Below, piece by piece: positions 51,455 to 63,040 of a stretch of DNA of 64,000 nt (positions are counted from its first letter, which is position 1; each line of letters opens with the position of its first letter). Source of the DNA: Octopus sinensis. Lineage: Eukaryota. Where the stretch lies: positions 100,316,001 through 100,380,000 of the forward strand of contig NC_043005.1 in NCBI RefSeq assembly GCF_006345805.1, in the 5' to 3' direction. A program made the translations under genes and the position numbers. Under the pieces are notes generated by a model. That model was not told the origin of the DNA and searched no databases. It worked only from the letters and a program-made list of their open reading frames with translations.

Positions 51455-51610
51455 TTTTCTCTCTCCATTGTTTTCCTCTCAATCCTTTCTAATGAAGAGC
51501 ATAGGCTTGAAACATCAAAGCCTTCTCCATTTTTCCTGAGTGTCAAATTAATATGTCTGTTTGTTGTTCCCTCACCTGTCTTGGCCTTTTGTTTTCTGTA
51601 AATTTTAAGT
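51455..51610 (+). mobile_element. Short Penelope pLTR-like fragment with decayed minimal hammerhead
   Basis: CTTT-CTAATGA-A-GAGC-ATAG-GCTT-GAAA-CATC-AAAG at 51485-51520; homologous to 572-735. Confidence 0.55.
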
Positions 51611-51919
51611 ATGTGTGTGTGTGCGTGCATGGCCTAGTAATTAAGGTGTTGTACTCACAATCAAGAGATTGAGGTTTCAAATCTTAGATCAGGTGATACA
51701 TTATGTTTCTGGGCCTAAGACTTCATTTCACATTGTTCTGTGATCACTTGGACACCTGAGGTGTGATACACCATTCACCTGTTCAAGCTTCGTCAATTAG
51801 ATGGAGAGACTGAGCTAAGGCAAAGCGCAAACATTTAATCCCTATACACAAATCACTTTCACAAGTTGCTAAGCACAGAAGTGCAGAACTATATTTCTCA
51901 CACTACAAGAGACTACCAT

Positions 51920-52020
51920 CGTATATATATATATATATTATATATATATATATTATATATATATAATATATATATATAATATATATATATATATATGATA
52001 TATATATATATGTATATATG

Positions 52021-52051
<31 letters not shown>

Positions 52052-52159
52052 GATATATATATATATAGTATATATATATATATATATGTGTAATATATAT
52101 ATATATATGTGTATATATATATATATAGTATATATATAATATGTATATATATATATATG

Positions 52160-52218
<59 letters not shown>

Positions 52219-52295
52219 TATTATATATGTATATATATATATATATGCATATATATATATGTATATGTATATATATATGTATATATATATATATG

Positions 52296-52346
<51 letters not shown>

Positions 52347-52375
52347 GTATATATATATATATGTATATATATATG

Positions 52376-52420
<45 letters not shown>

Positions 52421-52421
52421 G

Positions 52422-52470
<49 letters not shown>

Positions 52471-52471
52471 G
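51920..52471. repeat. (TA)n-rich tract of about 550 bp
   Basis: Direct inspection. Confidence 0.95.
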
Positions 52472-55400
52472 TAGACACAACAACATCCACACCACGAGGG
52501 GACAACAAGGTAATTTTCACTTTCTCAACTCTCACAATACACAACAAACCCATACCACTCGATACAAGCACCCACGCAGGCCACTCATATCACCACAATC
52601 CATCACAACACAAAGAAACACACACCAACACCCGCAATACAGGAACACCCCATTCTATCCACAACCACGAACCCGAACCATATTTCACAACAAGGAATAT
52701 AACAAACACACAGGACCTCCTAACACCAACAGACAACCCCTCTACCCCAACCATTTTTTAGACACAGCACACAGATACAGGCAAACAAAAAATAACACAG
52801 GACAGGGAAGAGAAACATAAACTAATTAAAGTCATCAATTTAACCAATACAGAACCCAACCCCAACCTTCTCAACTTACTCTCCAAAGGTCTGAAATTCA
52901 CACCAACCCCCCCACGTCCAAACTACTACGAAATGAAGGAAGACATTACAGAATTTTGTAGAAAATTGCGACTTAGTGAGGAACTATTCGACCAGCACAA
53001 TGAGGATGAGTCACTAGCTAGAAATAAAAGCAACTACACCCCACGAAAAGGTAGAAATAAAATCCTAGACGAATTCTGTGAGCACATTACAAACTTCCCC
53101 TACCAACACTTACACAAACCAAAACCCAAACCAAACCTCAACAAGAAAGAGTGGGAAGAATTAAACAAATTAAAAAATGAAAGATCTATCACCATTAAAG
53201 AGGCCGATAAAGGAAGTGCAGTAGTCTTAATGGAGACAGAATACTATATCAACTTAGCACTCTCCACCTTGGAAAATGGAACATATTACGAAAAGGCTGA
53301 ACACTACAATCAACAGAAAATTATGAGAAACTTAAAAACCCTGATCAACCCCCACAAAGAAGAACTCACTAACAAAGAATTCAACTTCATCACAAATTTC
53401 ACTAGTAAAACCAGCCTCTTCTACGGTATTCCCAAAATTCATAAAAGCGAATTAATAAGTAAGGCATGCAAGGAAGCCACAAACTCTGTAATCAATGTCC
53501 CCTCACCAAATGACCTCAAATTGAGACCTATAATAGCAGGTCCCGCTTGCGAAACCCACCGCCTTAGCAACTTCATTGATACCCTTCTCAAGCCGTTCCT
53601 CAAACACATTAAAAGCTACATAAGGGACGATCTAGATATGCTCAACCACCTCCCCAATACACTTCTGCTGAACAAACCCTGCTAGTAACATTCGATGTAG
53701 TCAATCTTTACTCCAACATCCCCCACAACCTAGGAATAGAAGCTATCCAATTCTGGCTGGATAATTACTCCAACGAACTCCCACACCGCATCAAAAAGGA
53801 ATTTATTTTAGAAGGACTCAAATTCATCTTAGAGAATAATTTCTTCACCTTCAACAACAAATTCTACAGACAGAAATCAGGGACGGCAATGGGAACGAAA
53901 ACAGCTCCCACTTACGCCAACTTAGTCATGGGATACCTGGAAATCACCCTCTATAATAACGTTCTTAACCAATTGGCACCACTCTCCACACACACATAGA
54001 AAGAAAACTGGAAGAGATATCTTGATGACTGCTTCATCCTTTGGCCCGAAACCGTCGAGAAGCTTAACGAATTTCACACTCTTATAAATGGGCTCAACAC
54101 AAACATTATTTTCACAATGGAATACAGCCCTCAACAAATTCCCTTCCTCGACATCCTCATTAAAATTCACAACAAAAAATAGAAACAGACATATACTACA
54201 AGCCCACAGACTCCAAGCAATACCTCCCTTTCAATTCATGCCACCCTAGACACGTTCAAATTAACATTCCCTACAACTTAGCCAAGAGAATTTGCACTAT
54301 AGTCTCCAATAAAAACACCCGTCTCTTACGTCTACAAGAACTCAAGGGCACATTAACAAGTAGGGATTACCCCACGTCACTAATTGACAATGGGATCCAA
54401 CGCGCCCTAAAACTCAGCACGCAGGAACTTAGACGCCCTAAACCTGTTACATCGAAACCCCATACTCTACCATACATCTCTACACACAACCCCCTCAACA
54501 ATGAAGCTTTTGACACCATCCTCCAGAACATTCCTGTATTACAAAAGGACCATAGAATGAACCAAATCCTCCTAACACACGAAATCATAAAGAGCAAAAG
54601 GCAACCCAAATCATTGAAACCATCCTAACAAATGCCAAAGTACTGCCAACCACAACAACTAAACCCACAGTAAACAAATGCAATAGACCCAACTGTGGTA
54701 TATGCATCAACCTAATAGAAGGTCCGGAATTCCTTTTAAACAAGGACAACGTTTCACAATAAAACACAACTTCACATGCGCATCAGAAAACCTAGTATAT
54801 GTCTAACTTGCTCGGGCTGTAATGAACACTACATAGGCCAAACAAAAAATAGCCTCCGCCAACGCATGACTGTCCACAGATCCCAATAAAAATACAGGAA
54901 TATAGAAAAATAGCATTTAGTGCACATATTGATACCTGTGCCGCACAACTCCATCCCAATTTTAGAATCTTTCCCCTCTACAAATTTAAAGACAATGCCA
55001 CTCATACCAGCGAATAACCATGGAATCCCACCTTATTAATAAATACAGACCACTTCTAAACACATGCCCCAACACGAACCCACAACAAACACACTTACAC
55101 CTGCACACACCCTACACACACCTTTACCCAGATATTAACACCATGACACACACAAATATATGGTTCCACACATACACATAATTGAATACGGGTGCAAAAC
55201 ATCCAACACTATTTTTTGGAAATGGCTGTAAATATTGACTTCACACAAATACGTTGCTTCCCGATACAGGCACAGGCCAGCAGAACTATAAATATTGAAA
55301 ATTGTACCACACACATACACATATATACACGCGCGCGCGCCCCAACATACATATAAACACACACACGCGCGCGCGCGCACACACGCGCGCGCGCGCGCAC

Positions 55401-55569
55401 ACACATACATACATACAGCTCTCCCTGTTCTAAACGAACTTACTTATCCAGTCAAGCGGAAAATACACTCCCTAACTACGTGCTAAAAAGCTATTTAAAA
55501 TATCCACATGACGTCTACTGACCAGCCTGAACAATAAGAATTTTCAACAACACTATTTTCGAAAATTCT

Positions 55570-55771
55570 AAACATTCACGTGACCTCTTTATTATGGCCA
55601 ATAAGAAATTTTAGGCGGGACACTAGCCAAATTTTAACTTCTCTGGAGCCTTTTTTCTTACCCCAACACCAACTTCCATTCAAACATTCATGTGACCCCT
55701 CATAATGACCAATCAAAATTTTAGGCGCGAAACCAAGCAAATCCAAAACAACTCTGGAGCCTCTTTTTTTC
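55570..55771 (+). promoter_or_regulatory. Duplicated E-box / CCAAT / E2F-like module in PLE 3' region
   Basis: CACGTGAC, CCAAT, TTTAGGCGGGA in unit 1; CATGTGAC, CCAAT, TTTAGGCGCGAAA in unit 2; period 112 bp; function untested. Confidence 0.35.
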
Positions 55772-55793
55772 ACATATAAGAGACAGACTCTAA

Positions 55794-55843
55794 TCTTCTT
55801 TTATTTTGATAAGCATAACAAATGCGCAACCGGTTAAAAAGAA
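55794..55843 (+). ncRNA. Decayed minimal type I hammerhead ribozyme
   Basis: TTGATAA core variant, stem II GCAT-AACAA-ATGC, GCAA for GAAA, palindromic ACCGGT stem III, TTCTTTT/AAAAGAA stem I. Confidence 0.55.
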
Positions 55844-55931
55844 CTTTCACCTAATTAAATTACTTAAATTACTTCAATTATTTGTCAGCATTTTCTTCAT
55901 TTCCTTTTTTATATATATATGTATATATATG

Positions 55932-55968
<37 letters not shown>

Positions 55969-56003
55969 GTATATATATATTATATATATGTAATATATAT
56001 ATA

Positions 56004-56375
56004 CTAGCAGTATCGCCCGGCGTTGCTCAGGTTGTAAGGGAAATACTATAAAGCATTTTTAGAGAGTTATAGCCAAAAAATGGAAAAAAATTATGGTAAA
56101 TTTTTTTTTGAGATTTAAAAAAGGTGGAGTTGCGTCCCCTAGACAGTTTGTGGTTCGTGTTTCTGTTCTCGACCCCATGTCGAATTTATCGATTTTGTCA
56201 GAACTGGGGGAAACTTTTCAAAATTTTCGCTGTGTGTTAGTTTTGATTATGACATTGGGCTATGTGTGTGTCAAGTTTCATCAGAATCAGTTGAAAGCCG
56301 TGGTCAGGGTGAGGGTACAAGCAAACAGACACACAGAAACACGCACAGACAAACTGCCATTTATATAGAGAGAGA
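56004..56375 (-). mobile_element. Non-autonomous Helitron-like element within (TA)n
   Basis: Minus strand A|TC at 56375, hairpin GCAACGCCGGGCGATACTG then CTAG|T at 56004. Confidence 0.7.
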
Positions 56376-56420
56376 TATATGTATATATATATTTATATAT
56401 ATATTATTTATATATATATA

Positions 56421-56458
<38 letters not shown>

Positions 56459-56687
56459 TTATATATATATTTATATATATATATATAGTATATATATAGT
56501 ATATATATATATATATTTATATATATGTATATATATATATATTTACATTATATATGTATTATATATATATATTAGATATATATATATATATAATATATAT
56601 ATGTATATATATATTTATATATATATATATATTTATATATTATATATATAACATTATACACATATGAATAATAATAAATGAATATGT

Positions 56688-57092
56688 GCAGGAGTGGCTG
56701 TGTGGTAAGTAGCTTCCTTACTAACCACATGGCTGTGGGTTCAGTTCCACTGCATGATACCTTGGGCAAGTGTCTTCTACTATAGCTTCAGGCTGACCAA
56801 AGCCTTGTGAGTGGATTTGGTAGACAGAAACTGAAAGAAGCCCATCGTATATATGTATGCATATATATATATGTGTGTGTGTGTGTATATGTTTGTGTTC
56901 GTCCTCCCAACATCGCTTGATAACTGATGCTGGTGTGTTTACATCCCTGTAACTTAGCAGTTCAGTAAAAGAGACCAATAGAATAAGTACTAGGCTTACA
57001 AAGAATAAGTTCTGGGGTCGTTTTGCTGGACTAAAGGTGGTGCTCCAGCATGGCCACAGTCAAATGAGTGAAAGAAGCAAAAGAATAAAAGA
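56688..57092 (+). mobile_element. SINE family A
   Basis: Complete head, internal TA/TG tract, tail. Confidence 0.85.
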
Positions 57093-57109
57093 GCAAATAA
57101 GTGGCTGAT

Positions 57110-57432
57110 GACAGTACCACCTGACTGGCATCAATGCTAGTGGAAGGTTAAGAGCACCATCCAAGCATGATCATTGCCAGGGCTGCTGACTGGCTCCTCT
57201 GCCGGTGGCATGTAAAAAGCACCACTTGAGCATGGCCGTTGCCAATACTGGCCTTGTGCCAGTGGCACATAAAAGCACCCACTACACTCTCGGAGTGGTT
57301 GGCATTAGGAAGGGCATCCAGCTATAGAAACTCTGCCAGATCAAGATTGAAGCCTGGTGTAGTCATCTGGCTCACCAGTCCTCAGTCCAATCCATGTCAG
57401 CATGGAAAGCGGATATTAAACAATGATGACGA
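57110..57432 (+). mobile_element. RTE LINE 3' UTR fragment
   Basis: GGCAC units and RTE tail. Confidence 0.8.
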
Positions 57433-57947
57433 TAATATATATATTTATATATATAAGTATATATATATATATATACGCATGAAACATACATACAAAACAA
57501 ATAGAGAGATAGGGTTTGTAATTCATTAACAGGCAAATATCACTGTGCAATTTTACTTACAAGTTCTAATCAACTTAATTATAAAGTTCATCAGTGTGGC
57601 AAAAAAAAAAAAAAAAGAGAAAGAACATTGACAACATGTCCAATATAAGTTTTACAATTGGAATTAGTCAGGCATCAGAATCTTCCATGTAGGTTCTACC
57701 AAAACAAGCTGTTGACATAGAATAAGAAATGAAGATTTGCAAAGTAGAAACAAAGAAATGTTTACATCTATAAATAAGTAAAATAAGCACACATACACAC
57801 ACAACACACACACATATATATACACGTATTACATATTCAAATGGCTGTGTGTGTGTGTATATATATGTGTGTATGTATATATATATATATATATATATAC
57901 ATATACACAAACATATATATACATATATGTATATATATATGTGTATA

Positions 57948-58007
<60 letters not shown>

Positions 58008-59358
58008 TATACATACATATAAAGAAAAGGTAGGTTGGGTCAATGTAATTATCTGTAGGAGTCAATCAAAGTGAAGCAGAAATTAAACAAAACTTGAAAT
58101 GGTTCAAATGTGACTTGTAACGAAGTTTTGGCACAGGAAATTAAACTATGTTGACACAGCAACTAATTAAATAATAGCACCCTTAAAACATCCTAAACAA
58201 CAGCAACAACAACAACAACAATAATCTAAAAGGAAAGAAAATTACTTTATGACTCTCAACGTTGGATTGTTTGATTTTGTTGTGTTTTTAATGAAACTTT
58301 ATTATTTTTGTTATTTAACAATTGTTTTACATCAATTTTGTAATTTCTCTTTCAGAACTCCTCTGCTCCCTCCTCCCTCCTTCCTCATACCTCCACCACC
58401 ACCACCAACACACGATTCCTTCATTTCTCTGTGTTTTAACATGGTTATTCTTTAGCATTTGGCCATTATCACTACTTCAGTTTTCTCCTTAATTTAGACA
58501 TTCGACCAAAATGCCGAAATATTCACAAACTTTAATGAATGAGCAGATTCAATAAATATTAATTCAGCCAACAACATGCCTGCTTGTTTTTCAGGTTACA
58601 AACCACCTCCACACCAAAACCATTGCCAACACCACATATCTAATACTACCACCACCACCACACCTACCACCACCATAGCCACCACAATCTATGCCTCTTT
58701 CAGTATTTTTACACATATCTCATTTGCAGAAAATTAATTAGTTTGTCTATCCAGAAGAACATATCTATGCATACACACAGAGTCACGTATCTAGAAATGT
58801 GTAGACATACACAACGACAAATGCACATCTACACACACACACAACACACACACACACACACATGCATACACACAGAGCATACATACACACAGAGCATACA
58901 TACACACATAACACATTCACACACAGTTTGATTGCTGATATGAAGTTGGACAAAAACCAAAGTTTGATCTTTCTTGTCAAACACAAATATATTAAAAGAA
59001 AGAAAGGGAAAATAAAGCAAGTATAACAAAGTACAGAACACTGAATAGAAGGATGGAATACTTAGGATGTATGTATCATCTCTCCTTACATACATATGTA
59101 CATGTATACGTCATACATACGTATATACATACATATAATACATCAATCTGTTCCTGCTAAAGAAAGGAAATACAAAAACTCATGAAATTTAATGCCCAAA
59201 TAGCTCAATGTATTGGGGAACAGTCAACGGCATTGGAGAGCATAAAGATTAAAATTGTAGCCGAGGAAAAGTTAACTGACATTGAGGACTGAAAGCCATT
59301 GGAATATTTGTTTCTATTATAGGCACAGGGCCTGAAATTTTTGGGAAGACAGACAAAA

Positions 59359-59502
59359 TACCTATTTCTTTACTACCCACAAGGGGCTAAACTCAGAGGA
59401 GGCAAACAAGGACAGACAGACGGATTAAGTCGTTTATATCGACCCCAGTGCATAACTGCTACTTAATTTATCAACCCCGAAAGGATGAAAGGCAAAGTCG
59501 AT
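59359..59502 (-). mobile_element. SINE family B, 3' half
   Basis: TATTTCTTTACTACCCACAAGGGG..GGCAAAGTCGA. Confidence 0.85.
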
Positions 59503-59619
59503 GAATATTAGGAAAGAGTTACCTATACAATGATGCTTCATGCTGGGCATCAAAATGTGAACATTTTGACTGCTGCTCTGTAAACACTATAAAGGCTGAA
59601 GGATGTGTGATGGGCAGCT

Positions 59620-60130
59620 ATATTGGAGACTATAAAGCTGTGGCCAGTAAGAAGGGGCACAATAAGCATTCTGATAGCAACCACATACCAAGATTCATCC
59701 AGCAACTGATGAACAGGACCTTAGGTTTAATTCAGATGGCCATAAAGCTGCTGGGGACTATGATTAAACCTTGACTGGAGAGGATTACTGCTGGAAGGCC
59801 ATATATATGGTAGTAGGATTCAGCTCATTGCCGTAACTTTCAGAAAGAGTCAGAGGGTTTGTCAGAGAATTTCTACGATTTCTCCAGCTGCAATTTCTGG
59901 CACCCTAATTCTTCTGATTGAAATCCTATGTATTATTCTGTGTGGGGCACAGCTGAGAAAGACACCAACCTCTCTGCTTGAAACTCCAAGACAAAGCTGG
60001 TGGCCAAGGTCAAAGAGGTGTTTGAAGATTTTCTCAGAGACATTGAAGACTGCATGCAACAGGTTCCAGAGTCATCATGGGGCCATGATAGAAGGTGAGG
60101 GCAGCTACTGTGAGAAAACCATTATCTCTT
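59620..60130 (+). pseudogene. Decayed DD37D (maT-like) Tc1/mariner transposase C-terminal half
   Basis: GRPYIW*.DSA, LSENFYDF, NFW.PNS.D*NPMYY.VWG.AEKDTN, KTKLVAKVKEVFEDF across frameshifts. Confidence 0.65.
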
Positions 60131-60729
60131 GGCCTTTATATAGTACATATGTTTTGATTTTTTAAAATAATTTTATTTTTTGATGGGATCCTGTGTTTTT
60201 TTTTTCCTTTTATGCAAACAATCAAATTTAGCCAGAACTACTCTGTATATATATGTATATATATATATATATAAAATACAAACTGGGACAAGAACACAAA
60301 CCATCCAGAGAACTAGGTGATACAAAAAGGGACAACAAAGCATCCAGATAGATGATACAAAAAAACAAGGACGGGTCATTTGAAGCTTTTACTCCTCAGT
60401 CAAGAACTGGATCATCCTCATATATATATACATATATATGTATACATATACATATATATATACTCATATATATATACATACTTACATACATATATATATA
60501 TAACCCGTACTCCTGTCCAACCCGTGCTAGCGCGGAAAACGGACGTTAAACGATGATGATGATGATGACTAGCATTAAAGACCTGTCGTTGCTGGGTCAT
60601 AGTGCTAGTGCATGTATATATGTGTATATATATGTGTACATATTACATGTACATCTATATATATACATCTACACATAAAATACAAAATACAAAGTTATAT
60701 CTTGATATCGCTAGTGATAACAATACTCA

Positions 60730-61060
60730 AAATATATAACAGGCTGGAATTGTTAGCCCGTCTCTTGTAATTTCAATCAATTGTATCTTGTCTTCCCTCT
60801 TGTATAGAAGTGTGGCTACAATCCAGCCTACCTCTACATCTGGGGTGGGGGGTGCATTTTTTATTTTTTTCCGGGACGTCCTACGTCCCAGATATAAAGG
60901 TAAAATTAAAATATTTCCACTTTGCAAGTTCAAGTCGAATACTCCCTTGCATGCTCCGCTGACTCGAACCTTGCTTCTATTGTGGCGAATTTACCGCTTC
61001 TGATTAGATAACTTTCATAGTCGCACGAAGACACTTTTCGAAGGTGCTTTCCTCCATGTG
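60730..61060 (-). pseudogene. L1/Tx1-like ORF1 fragment
   Basis: FATIEARFESAEHAR..LQSGNILILPLYLGRR resembles GTITVQFKSEKAAR..FYLFPSYLNRR at 62357-62668. Confidence 0.6.
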
Positions 61061-61368
61061 TTTTATTATTACCCACAAGGGGCGAACGTAGAGGGGACAA
61101 TACAATCTGATGTGGGGTCAGATACACGAATGGGTTTTACAAAAAAGCGAATTTTAAAAATTTACAAAAAATTACAAAATAGAAAAAAATTGAATGGAGA
61201 ACAGACCGGAAGACATTACGGATGGAGTGGGAGTGGGTTTAACTCGGACCCCACGAGCCCCGCCTCCCCACTGATACTTTGGTTTCATCTGGTTTTACAT
61301 TTATGTGGTATCATCCACTCGCAACTTTCGTGCTACATCTTTCCATCGTTCTTCATACACTCTCCATG
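61061..61368 (-). mobile_element. 5'-truncated L1/Tx1-like LINE 3' end
   Basis: WRVYEERWKDVARKLRV (ORF2 C-terminus-like, inference), 3' UTR ending TTGTCCCCTCTACGTTCGCCCCTTGTGGGTAATAATAAAA. Confidence 0.55.
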
Positions 61369-63040
61369 TTATTTCTTTATTACCCACCAGGGGCTATGAA
61401 GAATGCCGGACATAACAAAACATGGGGGACATAAACAATATGATTAAATTTATGAGCAAATGAAAATGAAAAAATGATAATATGAAAGCGATGCTAACGA
61501 CCCCCTCCGCCAGCATCACTTACCTGTCCTTTTGTTTTCACTGTCACCTGAATGTTCATTCCCAATACGAAGACCATCCATATCCATTCTTACTCCGAAA
61601 CTGTCCTCCATATATTCCACGAATTCATCGCTCATTCTTGTATCTTTCACCTCCCAATTCTCTCTTTCACACCTCAACACAAACTCATCTATATCTTCTT
61701 TTCCAGCACTGCATATCTGGTCCCATCCATTTCATACCATTCATACTCCTCCATTACCCTTTCAACCTCTTTCTGTTCAGTCACAATATAAATGTTCGGC
61801 CTGGGTTCGTTTTCAAACTCTTGTCTGTCTGTATTAATATTTTTCTTTTGTTTTCTTGTTGGAGGGGAGCGGGTGGGTTCACTGTCTGCAGGGGAAGGGT
61901 GGGATTCAGAGGGTGCGGGTGGTGTTGGGGTGGGTTGGGGCTTCGCACAGTTTTTCTTTTTCTTTCTTTTTCTCTTTTTTCTTCCTTCTTCCCACTCTTG
62001 TTGCATCTCCTCTTCTTCTGTCGTTTCTTTTTCCCTTTGGTTCTCTTTGGTTCTTCCTCTTTTGGGGCTTCCGCGACGATTCCTTTTCTTTTTCCTTTGG
62101 TGGGGGAGGGCAGTAGGCTCTTATGTGACCCCTCAGGCCACACTTGTAGCACCTGGGCGCCCTACCCTCCACCCCACTCTCATAATAATATTTCCAGTTT
62201 TTATACTGTCCGTAAGCTTTTCTATAACTTCCGCCTCCGTCTGTATGTTCATTACTAGTGTGGCACCTCTCACGCCTTCATATTTCATAATGGCGTGGAG
62301 GATGTCCACTTTATCTTCATTTCCTTTGATAACCGCAGCCGTTATTAATTCGCCCTCTAGGTGTGGCGGTATTCTTCCACCCTAATTCTGGTGGTCCTTC
62401 TATTCAAATACGAGGGGAATAAGTAAAACTTTTCTGTACTCACCACCTTGGCTGCTATATTCCTGGCTGCTTTCTCACTTTTAAATTGTACCGTTATGGT
62501 TCCATATTCTAATCCTTTTGTCATGTACACAATTTCTTCTCCTGTCTGTTTGAAAGCCTCTTCAATTGCTTCCATGTTAATCACTTCCATTTTTCTACCT
62601 CCATTCATAAATACTTTATATTTAATGGTTCTACGATGGAACCAGTCTCCGCGCCCTGCTAGAGGCAACAGCTCAACCTCTCCGTCTCCTCCTCCTTCAT
62701 GAACTCCTGGAAGTCCGTCAACTTAGCCAGGTCTATCTCTTTTTCTGTTGACTTCTTCGTTATACCTGCGTAGGTGCTTTCCATTTTTTCACCGCCAACT
62801 CCTCCTCCGATGTCGACGAATTTTCAGAGAAATTTCTCCCTTCCATCTCATCCGTTTGGTAGAGGCGGCTCATAGTCGCCTCAGACCGAAAAACGGCCTC
62901 CCGAACAGAAAACGTGCGGCGCACAGAACCAGTGTGACGCGAAACCGCACCAACCGACGTTCCAATTCCGCAACCACAATTCACTTTTTGTTCTTTTTTC
63001 TTTTTTAACCGAATTTTACAGAGCGCAAAGAAAACGCGAC
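61369..63040 (-). mobile_element. ORF1-only L1/Tx1-like element (CCHC knuckle), frameshifted
   Basis: CpG-rich 5' region, ORF1 pieces including CYKCGLRGHIRAYC (62110-62151), stop at 61516-61518, about 150-bp 3' UTR ending GCCCCTGGTGGGTAATAAAGAAATAA; no APE/RT. Confidence 0.7.

Larger units (their letters stand above)
52472..55900 (+). mobile_element. Penelope-like retroelement (RT + Cys linker + GIY-YIG), inactivated by frameshifts
   Basis: LSKGLKFTPT, ADKGSAVV, FYGIPKIHK, LRPIIAG, TFDVVNLYSNIP, GTAMGTKTAPTYANL, RYLDD, PFLDI, YYKPTD, CNRPNCGIC, CSGCNEHYIGQTKNSLRQRM..HR; coding relic about 52762-55060; Cys linker suggests Neptune-type (inference). Confidence 0.95.

Noticed and set aside
61482-62385. 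Plus-strand 258-aa and 197-aa Phe/Leu-rich ORFs
   Set aside because: Antisense shadows of the purine-rich ORF1.
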